Assembly (NCBI GenBank): GCA_018822885.1
Contig: JAHJJA010000149.1
Location: forward strand, 771 to 64,770
DNA length: 64,000 nucleotides
Reading direction: 5' to 3'
Origin: Candidatus Omnitrophota bacterium
GTDB taxonomy: Bacteria > Omnitrophota > Gorgyraeia > Gygaellales > Profunditerraquicolaceae
Made by a program: the position numbers and the translations under genes. Under the pieces are notes generated by a model. It did not search any database, was not told where the DNA came from, and was given only the letters and a program-made list of their open reading frames with translations. Positions 45,180 through 56,594 of the stretch are shown piece after piece. Numbering within the stretch: the stretch's first letter is position 1; each line of letters starts with the position of its first letter.

Positions 45180-47681
45180 CTATTTAGTATTCGCCTTGAT
45201 CCAGTCGATCCTCTCCTGCGCAAACTTAGCTTCTTCGGTATTCATCTCTAAAACGCGCCGGTAAATATTCAATGCTTCCTTTAAATCACCCTTATCTTCG
45301 TAAATGCGCGCGACCCGCAAGAGCGCCTTTACCGACAATTTATTATTATCCGAATAAAGATAAGTGACTTTTAGATACTCCTCGATGGAGCGCTGCGGCT
45401 CTCCCAAAGCCTCCCAGGACTCAGCCAATTTAAGCTGGATATTAGCCATCTCTTTTGCCGGCACAATATCAAGGCTTTTCCCGTAAAACTCGGCCGCTTT
45501 CTTCGCGTCGCCTGTTTTTAGGAAAAGGTCCGCCATTTTAGGATAGATAAGATTATTAAGATTAGGATATTCATTGGATACGTTCTCGTAATTTGCAAGC
45601 GCGCTATCGGGCTTATCAAGGCTATTGTAAATATCAGCTATCACGATCGCCGCCTGTGCGGCAAGGTCAGACCTGCCTGATTCAATGACCTTTTTGAAAT
45701 TCTCCAATGCCGCGTCGTGATTAGATTCCTCTTCATAACTTGAGCCCAAGGCATAATACGCATCCGGCACAAGGTTGCTTTTAGGAAAATCCTGGATTAA
45801 AGAACCAAAATACCTGCGGGCAAGCGTAAGGTCATTATGCCGGTAATAGTATTCTCCGAGCCACCATATGATCTCCGCAGTCAGCTTAGAATCCGGGTAT
45901 TTTGAACGCAGCACCTTAAACCTGCTCATCGCCTCTTTCTCGTTGCCCAACTGGTAGAAACAGTCGGCGATCTCGTATTCTGCCTTTTGGACCAATTCCG
46001 AATCCTGCTCGTAGAAACGGATGATATTTTTAAATGCCTCGATCGCCTCATTGTATTTGCCGGTATTATATAGGCTTGTGCCTAACAAATAAAGCGCCTG
46101 GGATTTTAAATTGCTATCGTTAAATTCTGACTGAAACCTCTCAAAGACTTCCCTGCTTGCGTTATAATCCTGCTTTTGAAAATACGCCAGTCCCAGCGCG
46201 TAAGCAGCGTCATCAAGCATCTTGGACTGAGGGTAATTCTTCTTTAAAGCAAGAAAGCTCATGATCGCGCCGTCATAATTAGAAGCCTTAAGCAAAGTCA
46301 AACCAAGCTGATACTGCACATAATCGCTGTAGAAACTATCCGGATAATCCCTCAATATCGTGTCGTAAGTCTCCTCGGCCTTAAGAAAATCTCCGGAATC
46401 CTGATAGGCATCACCTATCTGGCAAAGAGCGCTCACTTTGACAATTTTATCATCGCTGGTTTTTACTATTTTTCTGAATTCCTTTATTCCCTCTTTAAAT
46501 TCCCCCTGCTTTAAATATGCCCAACTTAGACCGGAGTGCAATTTATCCATGATCTCTCCCGGGACATCCCGGTTCTCTGCTTTTTGAAGCGCCTCTTTAT
46601 AAACATCGACAGCCTCTTTATAGTCAGCCAGGTTATAAAGCGCATCAGCCCTGCCGAGGTAACACTGCATTAAAACCTGCGGGTCGGAAGTCGTCTTAAG
46701 TAGCTCGCCGTAGATCTTGCTGGCTTCATTGACCTTGTTTGTCTCCATGCACAATATAGCTTTGCCCAAATAATAAACATCAGAGCTACGCTTATCAAGA
46801 TTCGCGGTTTTAACCACTGAAAAAGCATCTTCTGCTTCTTTGAATTTCTTCAATTTAAGCAGCGACCAGGCAATACCAAGCTCTGATAAAGCCTGGATCT
46901 TCTCATCCGTTGAGCCGGAAATGACTTTCGAGTAACCCTCGATTGCATCATTAAAATTGTTTAAATAATAATCGGCTTCGGCGAGATAAAAATAAAAATA
47001 CGGCAGGCGAAAAGAATCTCCGGAGAACAGTTTAAGGTAAGACTTGGCTCTTTCTTTTAACGCCTCATAATCCTTTAAATTGTAGAGGCATTCGATGATC
47101 TTGAATGAGGCATCGCGCGTCTGCTGCTCCTTAGGAAACTTCTCTTCTACGGCTTTAAAATATTTCAAAGCCTCGCTGAAATTATTCTGCTGCAAAAAAC
47201 ACCATCCCAGAGAATAAAGGCTTGGGGCGATATAACCCGATTCAGGAAATTCCTTGATGACTTTTCCATAATACTCCTGGGCCTTATTAAAATTATTCCC
47301 CTTAAAATGCACCTCGGCGATCCAGTAATAGATACCATCTTTGATCTCTTTTATCCCGGATTTATTTAAAAGTCCCTCAAATTTATTCAAGGCGTTGAAA
47401 TACCTGCCCTGATGAAACAGGCATTCGCCGATCATCAATTCTGCTTCAGGGATACGCGGCGAATCAGGGTAATTCTTAATAAAACGCTCCAGAAGCCCAA
47501 GGCTGACTTCATAGAACCCATCACTAAAGGCCTTTTTTGCCACAAAAATAGCCTCTTCCTCTTTTGCGGGATCCTGGGCAAAACAAGGGCTCAATAAGCC
47601 CAAGCCTAAAAATATAAAAACAAGGCTCAAAACAAATAATTTCTTGTAGCGTTGTGACTTACAACTTGTGACTTTTCTCAT
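45180..47681 (-). CDS. Large secreted tetratricopeptide-repeat protein (about 20 TPRs).
   Basis: Signal peptide followed by many 34-aa TPR units (W-LG-Y / A-F-P patterns). 833 aa. Confidence 0.8.
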   Translation of the reverse strand: MRKVTSCKSQRYKKLFVLSLVFIFLGLGLLSPCFAQDPAKEEEAIFVAKKAFSDGFYEVSLGLLERFIKNYPDSPRIPEAELMIGECLFHQGRYFNALNKFEGLLNKSGIKEIKDGIYYWIAEVHFKGNNFNKAQEYYGKVIKEFPESGYIAPSLYSLGWCFLQQNNFSEALKYFKAVEEKFPKEQQTRDASFKIIECLYNLKDYEALKERAKSYLKLFSGDSFRLPYFYFYLAEADYYLNNFNDAIEGYSKVISGSTDEKIQALSELGIAWSLLKLKKFKEAEDAFSVVKTANLDKRSSDVYYLGKAILCMETNKVNEASKIYGELLKTTSDPQVLMQCYLGRADALYNLADYKEAVDVYKEALQKAENRDVPGEIMDKLHSGLSWAYLKQGEFKEGIKEFRKIVKTSDDKIVKVSALCQIGDAYQDSGDFLKAEETYDTILRDYPDSFYSDYVQYQLGLTLLKASNYDGAIMSFLALKKNYPQSKMLDDAAYALGLAYFQKQDYNASREVFERFQSEFNDSNLKSQALYLLGTSLYNTGKYNEAIEAFKNIIRFYEQDSELVQKAEYEIADCFYQLGNEKEAMSRFKVLRSKYPDSKLTAEIIWWLGEYYYRHNDLTLARRYFGSLIQDFPKSNLVPDAYYALGSSYEEESNHDAALENFKKVIESGRSDLAAQAAIVIADIYNSLDKPDSALANYENVSNEYPNLNNLIYPKMADLFLKTGDAKKAAEFYGKSLDIVPAKEMANIQLKLAESWEALGEPQRSIEEYLKVTYLYSDNNKLSVKALLRVARIYEDKGDLKEALNIYRRVLEMNTEEAKFAQERIDWIKANTK

Positions 47682-47702
47682 AAGAAAGAATATAACATTT
47701 CT

Positions 47703-50492
47703 CTAACTGCTGCGCAACACTTTCTTTAAATACTGCCCCGTATAAGAACTGCCCATCTTCACTATCTCCTCCGGAGAACCGCATGCGACGATCTCTCCGC
47801 CCCTATCGCCCCCCTCCGGACCGAGGTCTATGATATAATCGCAACATTTGATCACTTCAAGGTTATGCTCAATTACTATGACAGTATTGCCTTTTTCAAC
47901 CAGCCTTTCTAAAACAGAAACGAGCTTCGCCACATCCGCAAAATGTAAACCCGTAGTCGGTTCATCCAGAATATACATGGTATTTCCTGTAGCACGCTTA
48001 CTTAACTCCGAAGAAAGCTTTACTCTCTGTGCCTCGCCTCCGGAAAGGGTTGTCGCGGCCTGCCCTAATTGAATATAGCCCAGGCCCACGTCATAAAGGT
48101 AAGTCATGGTATTTTTAATACGAGGTATATTCTCAAATAGTCCAAGCGCCTCTTCAACCGTCATTTCTAAAACATCGGCGATCGAATTTCCCTTATATTT
48201 TACCTCTAGCGTAGAGGAATTAAACCTAAGGCCTTTACAAACATCGCACTTCACATAGACATCGGCGAGAAAATGCATTTCAATCTTTTTTATACCGTCA
48301 CCGGAGCAGGCCTCGCACCGCCCGCCTTTTACATTGAATGAGAACCTTCCGGGGCGATACCCGCGCTGTTTTGACTCCGGCAGCTGACTAAAAATATCCC
48401 TGATCTGGCTAAAAACCCCTGTGTATGTCGCCGGATTTGAGCGGGGCGTCCTTCCTATGGGAGACTGATCCACTACGATGACTTTATCAACATGTTCTAT
48501 CCCTTTTATCCCCTTGAATTTTCCGGGCTTTTCCTTTGATTTATACAACTTCTGGGCAAGTGCACGATAAAGCACCTCATCTATAAGGGTTGATTTCCCT
48601 GAACCAGAAACTCCGGTAATACAAATAAATTTTCCCAAAGGAAACTTTACATCAATATTCTTTAGGTTGTGTTCAGCTGCCCCCTTTACCTCTAAAACCC
48701 TTTTTTCCTTTTGCCGCTGCCTGCTTTGTACGGGTACATTGATGCTTAGCTCCTGCCTAAGATACTTAGCAGTTAAAGAATCTTTAGATTTTAATAATTC
48801 TCCCCTGTCCCCGGCAAATACCACTTCTCCGCCATGCCTGCCTGCCCCCGGGCCTAAATCTACGATGTAATCAGCGGCCAGGATTGTCGCTTCATCATGC
48901 TCTACCACAATCAAGGTATTACCCAGATCCCTTAGAGCTTTTAAAGTGGCCAGAAGCTTGTCGTTATCCTTTTGATGCAAGCCGATGCTCGGCTCATCAA
49001 GGATATAAAGCACACCCACTAAGCCGGAACCCACCTGCGTTGCAAGGCGGATCCTCTGTGCCTCGCCTCCGGAAAGAGTGGCGCTTCTTCTGTCTAAAGT
49101 AAGATAATCCAGCCCTACATCAACGCAGAACTGCAATTTCTGGATGATCTCTTTTAATGCCTGATGCGCGATCAGCTTCTGGCGTTGGGTCAGCTCCAGC
49201 GATTTAAAGAAACGATGTGCCTCTTTGATTGATAGCTGCGTGACATCCCAGATATTCTTTGCGTTTATTTTTACGGCTAAGCTCTCCTTCTTAAGCCTGG
49301 CACCCTTGCAGACAGGGCAAGGCAAGCTCGACATAAACCTGGAGATCTCTTCTTTAAGATAATCGCTCTTTGTTTCCCGGAACAATCTCTCAAGATGCGG
49401 GATAAGCCCCTCAAAAGGTTTACTGCCGACGATCTGCTCTGTTCCGTAGAGGACAGCGCTTCTAACATCTCTACTTAACTGCTTAAAAGGAGCATCCAGA
49501 TCAAAACGTAACTTATGGGCAAGCTCCCTGATCAACCACCTGTAATATAGGATATAACCCCTGCCGCCTCTCTTCCATGCCTCGATCGCCCCTCCATTAA
49601 TAGACTTATTCTTATCAGGGATAATCAAATCGGCATCAAATTCAAGCTTAGTGCCCAAGCCATTGCATTCAGGACAGGCCCCATAAGGAGAATTAAAGGA
49701 AAAGTTGCGCGGTTCTACCTCCGAATAACTTATGCCGCACTTCGCGCAGGCATACTGCTCGCTAAAAATCAGATCTTGTGGCTTTGCAACTAAAACAATC
49801 CCCTTACCGACCTTTAACGCTGTCTCTACAGAATCAGTCAAACGCTTCTTCACTTCTGATTTGACAATAAGCCTGTCAACGACAACTTCTATGTTATGTA
49901 TCTTATATTTTGCCAATTTTATCTTTACAGGCAACTCATGAATTACACCATCGACGCGAGCGCGCACAAAACCTGATTTCTGAATCGAGCTAAATATATC
50001 CCGGTATTCTCCTTTTCTCCCCCTAACTATAGGAGCCAAAATCTGGATTTCAGTGCCTGCGGGAAGATCCATGATCCGTTCAATTATCTCTTGAGAGCTC
50101 TGCCGTTCTATAGGCTCACCACACTGATAACAATACACCTTGCCGATACGCGCAAACAAAATCCTTAAGTAATCGTAGATCTCGGTTTGCGTGGCAACTG
50201 TTGAACGGGGATTTCCCCCGGCAGTGCGCTGTTCTATTGCGATCGCAGGAGAAAGCCCCTCGATATACTCGACATCGGGTTTTTGCAGCTGCTCTAAAAA
50301 CTGGCGGGCGTAGCTCGAAAGCGAATCCAGGTACCTGCGCTGGCCTTCAGCGTAAATGGTATCAAAGGCAAGGCTAGATTTGCCTGAACCGGAAAGCCCA
50401 GTAACCACTATCAGCTTATTCCTTGGCAGCTTAAGATTAATATTCTTTAGATTATGTTCTTTTGCCCCGCGTATAATTATAAAGTCATCCAT
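47703..50492 (-). CDS. uvrA: Excinuclease ABC subunit UvrA.
   Basis: Two ABC ATPase modules with zinc fingers. N-terminal [23 protein letters not shown]. Confidence 0.95.
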   Translation of the reverse strand: MDDFIIIRGAKEHNLKNINLKLPRNKLIVVTGLSGSGKSSLAFDTIYAEGQRRYLDSLSSYARQFLEQLQKPDVEYIEGLSPAIAIEQRTAGGNPRSTVATQTEIYDYLRILFARIGKVYCYQCGEPIERQSSQEIIERIMDLPAGTEIQILAPIVRGRKGEYRDIFSSIQKSGFVRARVDGVIHELPVKIKLAKYKIHNIEVVVDRLIVKSEVKKRLTDSVETALKVGKGIVLVAKPQDLIFSEQYACAKCGISYSEVEPRNFSFNSPYGACPECNGLGTKLEFDADLIIPDKNKSINGGAIEAWKRGGRGYILYYRWLIRELAHKLRFDLDAPFKQLSRDVRSAVLYGTEQIVGSKPFEGLIPHLERLFRETKSDYLKEEISRFMSSLPCPVCKGARLKKESLAVKINAKNIWDVTQLSIKEAHRFFKSLELTQRQKLIAHQALKEIIQKLQFCVDVGLDYLTLDRRSATLSGGEAQRIRLATQVGSGLVGVLYILDEPSIGLHQKDNDKLLATLKALRDLGNTLIVVEHDEATILAADYIVDLGPGAGRHGGEVVFAGDRGELLKSKDSLTAKYLRQELSINVPVQSRQRQKEKRVLEVKGAAEHNLKNIDVKFPLGKFICITGVSGSGKSTLIDEVLYRALAQKLYKSKEKPGKFKGIKGIEHVDKVIVVDQSPIGRTPRSNPATYTGVFSQIRDIFSQLPESKQRGYRPGRFSFNVKGGRCEACSGDGIKKIEMHFLADVYVKCDVCKGLRFNSSTLEVKYKGNSIADVLEMTVEEALGLFENIPRIKNTMTYLYDVGLGYIQLGQAATTLSGGEAQRVKLSSELSKRATGNTMYILDEPTTGLHFADVAKLVSVLERLVEKGNTVIVIEHNLEVIKCCDYIIDLGPEGGDRGGEIVACGSPEEIVKMGSSYTGQYLKKVLRSS

Positions 50493-50495
50493 ATT

Positions 50496-51716
50496 CTATT
50501 TTCCTCTTTTTAAAAACCATAGCAAAAATACAAAGATGCTGCCCATTATATTAGCGAACAGCCAACTTAAAGCCATTCCTTTTCCTCCGAAACTGGGCAA
50601 AAGAATAAAACCCAATATCGTTAATAGCGCGAGCACAAAACCGGCAAACAGCGCCACTCTCCCGTTCTGCTTCTTAATATTTAAAGTTGTGATATATATT
50701 TGATTGAAAACAAAGAAAAATATGGAAGAAAATAGTAAGCGCAAAGTCAGGAAAGAATGTTCTGAGAAATCTTTTTTAAATAAAAATAATATCTTATCCC
50801 CTAAGATGAAAAAGGCAAGAAAACCGAAGATGCTCAAAATGAAGCTAAAGGTTACGGCTTTCTTTAAAAGCAGAGGATGATCCTCTCCGTGAGAGGCCTT
50901 CATCAAGAAAACATTATTCACAGAACTGATGAAACTACAGTAAACAGAAAACATCATCCAAGGGATATAAAATAATCCGGCCTCTTTTTCTGAAAATAAA
51001 GAGAGTATCGCCAGGGGGGCGATCATCCCGGGTAAGCTTAATGTCAAGGCATTTAGAAAATTAACCAGGGAAAATGGTAATACCCTCTTGAGTATTGCCG
51101 GATCGAAACCCCATTTTATTTTTAAATCTTTATATTTCAGCAAAAGATAACCGGCGGATAAGACAACGGCTACAATCGCTGAAAGGCAATTGGAGGAGAA
51201 TATCCCGAAACCCCCTAAAGCAGTTAAAATAAACAAAAAAACTATCCTTAAGGTATATTGCGTTGCATTCTTCGCCAGGACTAGGCGCGTTCTTTGCAAT
51301 GAAACAAAAACGCTGTCTAAGATCTGAAAGGTCTGCATAGAAAGGACAAAAATTATAAACAATAGTGAATTCCAGGGATTATTTAAGATCCTGACCTTTG
51401 GCAGAAGGATGCCTTTCGCCGATAAAAATATCATGACAAAAATAATCAAGAGCCCCTGGGAAAACCCGAATAATGTGCCTACCAGCTTTCCCTTGTCTTT
51501 ATCAATAGGCATAAACCTGATAAAACTGGGCAACACTCCCAAAGAAGAAATAAAAATCAGGAATGAAGCCAGTGAAATCAAAACAGAACCCAAACCGACC
51601 CCCTCAACGGTATATAATCGCGCGGCAATAACCCAAAATAGCACCCCGGAAACCGCCAAAATCCCCTGAGAGAGTATAAGATCGAAAGAATGCGAAAAAA
51701 AACTTTTCTTAATCAT
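50496..51716 (-). CDS. Wzx-like polysaccharide/oligosaccharide flippase (MOP superfamily).
   Basis: 406 aa, about 12 TM segments, polysaccharide-biosynthesis-protein-like N-terminus. Confidence 0.6.
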   Translation of the reverse strand: MIKKSFFSHSFDLILSQGILAVSGVLFWVIAARLYTVEGVGLGSVLISLASFLIFISSLGVLPSFIRFMPIDKDKGKLVGTLFGFSQGLLIIFVMIFLSAKGILLPKVRILNNPWNSLLFIIFVLSMQTFQILDSVFVSLQRTRLVLAKNATQYTLRIVFLFILTALGGFGIFSSNCLSAIVAVVLSAGYLLLKYKDLKIKWGFDPAILKRVLPFSLVNFLNALTLSLPGMIAPLAILSLFSEKEAGLFYIPWMMFSVYCSFISSVNNVFLMKASHGEDHPLLLKKAVTFSFILSIFGFLAFFILGDKILFLFKKDFSEHSFLTLRLLFSSIFFFVFNQIYITTLNIKKQNGRVALFAGFVLALLTILGFILLPSFGGKGMALSWLFANIMGSIFVFLLWFLKRGK

Positions 51717-52684
51717 CTTTTTAAACTGTATATAACGGCTCTGGCTTTCTTTAAAAATGCTAAAGGAAGAAAAGTAGCCAGATAAAAAAGGCTTATCCCA
51801 AGATTATCCGGAGTAATCCCGGCTGCCCTCTTCAGAAAAATTCTCGCCTCCGGCATCCTCCCTTGTCCGCATAACGCCCTGCCCCAATTATAATAATAAC
51901 ATGCCAAAGCAACCCGCCTATCCTTAGCGGTAGGCTGCCTTGTCCTGCCTATCAACTTTATCCCTGACATCAACGGTTCCTGTTTTTCGCGGCTCCTGGC
52001 TTTCGCGCATTCACGCGCCAGCTCTACATACTTATCCTGGCTTAACTTCTTATCAATTGAAATTGACGAAGGGTCAAACCGCCACTTATAAAAAAAACCC
52101 TCCAGGTTAGCAACATCATAGCTTTCCGCTATCCTTAAATATAAATCGTAATCCTGGGCATAACGGAATTCCTCCCTGTAACCGTGAACTTTATCAATAC
52201 ATTCCTTTCTAAACATTACCGAACCGTGGCAAAACTGATTATTCAAATATAGTTCCCTACGCAGCCTCGCCATATCAGTTTCATACCTGAAATCAACTAT
52301 CTTATTTCCGGCTTCATCAATCTGCACCACAGAACTGCCCACCAAACCGACATCCGGATGCTTATCGAGAAAACCGGCCTGTTCCCTTAGCCTGTCCGGC
52401 ATAGAAATATCATCCCCATCCATGCGCGCGATATACCTGCCCTCAGCCAGGCCCAAGCCGATATTCAAAGACTTTGTCAACCCCAGATTCTGAGGGTTAT
52501 TAATCACCCTCATCCGTGAGTCATTATAACTCTGCAGTATAGTTCCCGAATTATCCGTAGAAGCGTCATTAATAATTATCAGCTCAAAATCGCTAAAGCT
52601 CTGGTTTAAGATACTGCCTATAGCCTCATGAAGATATTTTTCTTCATTATGAATCGCCGTTAAAACCGAAACAGTTACCGGCAT
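51713..52684 (-). CDS. Glycosyltransferase family 2.
   Basis: VSVLTAIHNEEKYL ... DASTD ... DGDD motifs. Start set at the internal ATG (the ORF-track N-terminal extension overlaps the upstream gene). Confidence 0.75.
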   Translation of the reverse strand: MPVTVSVLTAIHNEEKYLHEAIGSILNQSFSDFELIIINDASTDNSGTILQSYNDSRMRVINNPQNLGLTKSLNIGLGLAEGRYIARMDGDDISMPDRLREQAGFLDKHPDVGLVGSSVVQIDEAGNKIVDFRYETDMARLRRELYLNNQFCHGSVMFRKECIDKVHGYREEFRYAQDYDLYLRIAESYDVANLEGFFYKWRFDPSSISIDKKLSQDKYVELARECAKARSREKQEPLMSGIKLIGRTRQPTAKDRRVALACYYYNWGRALCGQGRMPEARIFLKRAAGITPDNLGISLFYLATFLPLAFLKKARAVIYSLKR

Positions 52685-53463
52685 CTTAAAAAGCCTTTCA
52701 GTATAAGAGAGGCGGACGAAAATAAAAAACGCGCCCCCTCTAAAAGCCTCATCTTCTTTATGAGTACCTTCCCCCATAAAAAATAACTGCTAATTTTTCC
52801 TTTTATAAAGTTTCTCTCATTATCGCTTATGTATTCCTCGATTATTTGCAGATGCCTGTCGGCTATGCTTTCTTTAGACTTACCGCATAAGAACAGAAAA
52901 TACGGACAGGCCCTGCTATAAATTTCGAATATTCTTACGGCAGGGAAAATGCCCGCGAGTGTTCTATGCAGATCTTCTCTCGTGTACATGCAGTAATGAA
53001 ATTTATTCCATTCCAGAAAAACAGGGATCAAACTGTCTTCAGCTACTAACGGAGTAGTCCCGATTATCAGGCCTTCTTGGGAGCAAACGCGTTTTATTTC
53101 CGAAAGATAAGTTAACCCATCCGCTCTTTTAAAATGCTCAATGGCATCCAGGCTTAAGACGATATTAAACGTATCGGCGTCAAATTTCAAGCTCCTGCCA
53201 TCCATGACAAGAAACTCATAATTATCTGACTTACCGTAATCTTTCATGGCTGATTCGCACAAATCAACCCCGACGGTAAATTTAGCGACTGGCGCGATAA
53301 GATTTACAGTGCCGAATCCGGTACCGCAGCAGGAATCCAAAACAACCTTGTTTTCCGTAAACAAAGACGCTAAATAATACCTCTCCTTCAGAAGGTCAGC
53401 CCATTTAGTGGACTTCCATTCTTCGCTATCAGGATCTATCCTTCCGGAATAATTTTTGCTCAT
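52675..53463 (-). CDS. Class I SAM-dependent methyltransferase.
   Basis: VLDSCCGTGFGT motif I. ATGA overlap with the radical SAM gene. Confidence 0.65.
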   Translation of the reverse strand: MSKNYSGRIDPDSEEWKSTKWADLLKERYYLASLFTENKVVLDSCCGTGFGTVNLIAPVAKFTVGVDLCESAMKDYGKSDNYEFLVMDGRSLKFDADTFNIVLSLDAIEHFKRADGLTYLSEIKRVCSQEGLIIGTTPLVAEDSLIPVFLEWNKFHYCMYTREDLHRTLAGIFPAVRIFEIYSRACPYFLFLCGKSKESIADRHLQIIEEYISDNERNFIKGKISSYFLWGKVLIKKMRLLEGARFLFSSASLILKGFLRCR

Positions 53464-54584
53464 TTGCCTGGCCTTTCGATTCTTAGTATTCTTCGTAAAA
53501 ACCACCACAAAACAAATGGGGGATTATTGCAAATGCTAGGATAAATCTCGCTATCCCCGCATAATCCGTTTGGATACATACATTCGCCTCTGGCTATTTC
53601 ACCCGCGACCTTTTTGGAGAATGACTCCCAAATCGTATCAAAATCATTCTTCCTAAGATTGCCCATAATCCTATCATCCGTAAGCTTGAAATTACAGGGG
53701 TATACATCGCCATTAGGAGCTACGTGAACTATCTGGCTGCCCGCGTAACAAGGCATCAGGCGCCGATGAATTATATTATCATAGAGGCAATCATGGGTTG
53801 TTTTTGAATCCAGACCTAACAAGCCTCTTATTTTATCAAAGATTGTCTGCGGATTAGGGGGGATACTCTCAACATACTTTCGAAAAATCTCAACCATAGC
53901 AGGTTTCCAAAAAACCAAGTCCTCATCCTCGACATTAAACCGCGAATTCATAACAGTCCAGCAGATATAAGCCCTTGTTCCTTTTTCCCGCGCGAAATTG
54001 CACACCCACTCGAAATAATCGGCATTATGCCGGCAGAAAGTAAAACTGAATTCACAATGGACTATATTTTTCAGCCTTTCATAAGTTTCTACCGCTTTTT
54101 GCCAACTACCGGGCATGCCGCGAGTAAAGTCGTGAATTTCCGGAGGGCCGTTCAGGCTTATGCCTACCAAAGAAAAATTTATGCCCGGGTTATCCTTAAC
54201 GATCTTTCTAAATAAGTTCTCTTCGAGTTGCGGGTTCAATCCGTTAGTGGTTATCTGGAACCTCGCTTTCGGGAGATTCTTATGCAGTACAGAAACAATC
54301 TCCGGCAAATCAGCCCTTAGCGTCGGCTCGCCACCGCTGAAAGTGACATATTCAGTATTGCGAAAATACCTGGACCTGCTAAACCTATCGATCTCTTCTA
54401 CGGATAAGTCATTTATACCGGCTTCGGGAATCTTCCAGATCGAGCATGTAACGCATTTTGAATTACACTTCCATGTAGTAGTAAGCCTTAAACCCATAAT
54501 ATCGCTGCGGGACTTAAACATGTAAACAAGCCATCTCGAATATTTCTTCCTAAGAGTATTAAACCCGTAAGAAAGCTTACTCAT
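53460..54584 (-). CDS. Radical SAM protein with a Cys-rich C-terminal (SPASM/twitch-like) extension.
   Basis: CNSKCVTC is a CX3CX2C motif. C-terminal Cys clusters PCYAGS...YPCNF and GECMYPNGLCGD...SIC. Confidence 0.7.
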   Translation of the reverse strand: MSKLSYGFNTLRKKYSRWLVYMFKSRSDIMGLRLTTTWKCNSKCVTCSIWKIPEAGINDLSVEEIDRFSRSRYFRNTEYVTFSGGEPTLRADLPEIVSVLHKNLPKARFQITTNGLNPQLEENLFRKIVKDNPGINFSLVGISLNGPPEIHDFTRGMPGSWQKAVETYERLKNIVHCEFSFTFCRHNADYFEWVCNFAREKGTRAYICWTVMNSRFNVEDEDLVFWKPAMVEIFRKYVESIPPNPQTIFDKIRGLLGLDSKTTHDCLYDNIIHRRLMPCYAGSQIVHVAPNGDVYPCNFKLTDDRIMGNLRKNDFDTIWESFSKKVAGEIARGECMYPNGLCGDSEIYPSICNNPPFVLWWFLRRILRIERPGK

Positions 54585-54635
54585 TCTGCCTCCTGATTAA
54601 AAGCCGGTTTATGCTGATACCAACCTCTTGCCCGA

Positions 54636-55475
54636 CTAACGCGCCTGGTTGCCCTTTAAATAAGTTTTGCCAGTCAGGGTTTTGCCGTACTTTCTTTCTA
54701 AATAAATAAATACCGGAACAGGCAAAGAGCATGCGATGAAACTTCGTAAAGTAGAAAATAAATTGGTTAAACAAAAAAACACTGCGAGGTATCTGGCTTT
54801 TACCCTGAATCTATCCCAAGCCCTCTTCCTAAGGTCCTTTATAGACATCCCTATCCGGCGCTCCATAATAGAAGTCAGGAATTCCTGCAGATTGCGGATC
54901 TTAAAGCCGCCGCGGATTGCCCTGGCCCATAATTCATAATCTTCCGCGTTGCTATATCGGCGATCGTATCCCTTCAATGTATCAAAAAGCTCTTTCTTTA
55001 TCAAAACCGCCGGATGGACGATGCCGTTTCTTTGATACAAGACTTTAGAATCGACCGCAATAGGAGTAACCCACTCAGCCACTATCCTGCTTTCCGGATC
55101 AATAACATACGCCCAGCTGCCAAGAATATAAACATCCTTATGGCTCTCCATGTATTCAAACTGCTTTTGAAAGCGGTCCGGAGTTGCGGTATCGCCAGAA
55201 TCAATCCTGGCGATGTATTTACCTTTAGCAAAACTAATACCCTTATTAAGCGCGCCGATCAATCCCAAAGAAAACTCATTATGAATAATCCTTACCCTCG
55301 CATCAAGAGCGGCGTATTCTGCCAGAAGCTTCCCGGTGTTGTCAGTAGAACCATCGTTAACAACTATAAGCTCAAAGTCAGAAAATGTTTGGGTTAATAA
55401 GCTATCGAAAGTCGCCTTGAGATATTTCTCTTCATTATGTGCCGGTAAAATTACGCTTATTAGGGGATTGCTCAC
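54636..55475 (-). CDS. Glycosyltransferase family 2.
   Basis: ISVILPAHNEEKYL ... DGSTD ... DSGD motifs. Confidence 0.8.
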   Translation of the reverse strand: MSNPLISVILPAHNEEKYLKATFDSLLTQTFSDFELIVVNDGSTDNTGKLLAEYAALDARVRIIHNEFSLGLIGALNKGISFAKGKYIARIDSGDTATPDRFQKQFEYMESHKDVYILGSWAYVIDPESRIVAEWVTPIAVDSKVLYQRNGIVHPAVLIKKELFDTLKGYDRRYSNAEDYELWARAIRGGFKIRNLQEFLTSIMERRIGMSIKDLRKRAWDRFRVKARYLAVFFCLTNLFSTLRSFIACSLPVPVFIYLERKYGKTLTGKTYLKGNQAR

Positions 55476-56590
55476 TTTATTGCCTCAATATATTCCTTCT
55501 CTATAATATCCGCCTGTTTCTGCCAGGTATACTTTTCTAATACGAGCCTGTAACCATTCTCCCCCATTACGCCTGCTTTTTCCTTATTTATCAAAATAGA
55601 CTCTAAAGCCGAAGCTAAATCAGAAATATCCCTGCTCTTTACCACTATGCCTGCGTTATGACTTTTTATCTCTTCCGCGGTCCCTATGACCTCTGTAACG
55701 ATCACCGGCTTTTTGCAAGCCATTGCTTCCACAGCTACTAGCCCGAACCCCTCCTGGACTGATGAAACCGAAGGCAGGACAAAGCAATCGCAAAGATTAT
55801 AGAATCTGACCAGCTCTTCATCGCTTAAGAAACCTAAAAAGTCAACCGATCCCTCTAGACCATGCTCTTTTACAAATGCCTTATAGAAACCAAGCAGCTC
55901 CCCTTGCCCTCCCACATAAAGCTTAATCGGAATCTTTGATTTAAGCTCTTTTACAGCCGATAGAAGATATTCTAATCCTTTATAGCGGTGAAAATTATCC
56001 AGTTTTGCCATAAAGAAAACGCGGGGGGCCTCTTCTTTTTCTACAGGGATCGGCTTAAATTTCTCTAAATCCACTCCCAAAGGCAGAAAAACCACCTTTT
56101 CACTAAACTTCTTCAAAAACGGCGAGCTTTCGATATAATTTTTATTTATAATAAATATCTTTCTGGCTGTTTTCAGTAATCCGGGCAAGAAAACACGATT
56201 ATAACAACCGGCGATAAACTGGTTGATCCCCGAACCGGTGATATCATTGCAATATGTGAGGAATAGAGGCTTCTTCTTTATTCTTGATGCGATAGCGCTT
56301 ATATCCGCGCTCCAGGGATGCGGTAAATAGGTATGCAGGAGATCAAAATCCTGCTTTAATATTTCACTAAGCAATGCCGGGGTGATATTGGTATTGGCTA
56401 CTTTTGCTACATAATCGAGCCTTTTCACGTTTACCCCGGACACATTAGGGGCGCAAGCGCGCGGTTCATTAGCGCAAATGACGCTTACGGCATGCCCCCT
56501 ATTCACCAGCTCCTTGCCAAGATATAATGCTACCTGCTCTGTGCCTCCGATATAAGGATAAAAACGTACTGGCGTCTGAAGTATTTTCAT
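55472..56590 (-). CDS. Glycosyltransferase family 1 (GT4-type).
   Basis: GT-B fold with a C-terminal E-x7-E-like EGFGLVAVEAMA motif. Confidence 0.8.
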   Translation of the reverse strand: MKILQTPVRFYPYIGGTEQVALYLGKELVNRGHAVSVICANEPRACAPNVSGVNVKRLDYVAKVANTNITPALLSEILKQDFDLLHTYLPHPWSADISAIASRIKKKPLFLTYCNDITGSGINQFIAGCYNRVFLPGLLKTARKIFIINKNYIESSPFLKKFSEKVVFLPLGVDLEKFKPIPVEKEEAPRVFFMAKLDNFHRYKGLEYLLSAVKELKSKIPIKLYVGGQGELLGFYKAFVKEHGLEGSVDFLGFLSDEELVRFYNLCDCFVLPSVSSVQEGFGLVAVEAMACKKPVIVTEVIGTAEEIKSHNAGIVVKSRDISDLASALESILINKEKAGVMGENGYRLVLEKYTWQKQADIIEKEYIEAIK

Positions 56591-56594
56591 TGTC

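Noticed and set aside
54577-54774. 65-aa minus-strand ORF overlapping the GT2 54636..55475 3' end and the radical SAM gene upstream region.
   Set aside because: It overlaps a well-supported GT2 gene in another frame and has no recognisable features. Most likely spurious.
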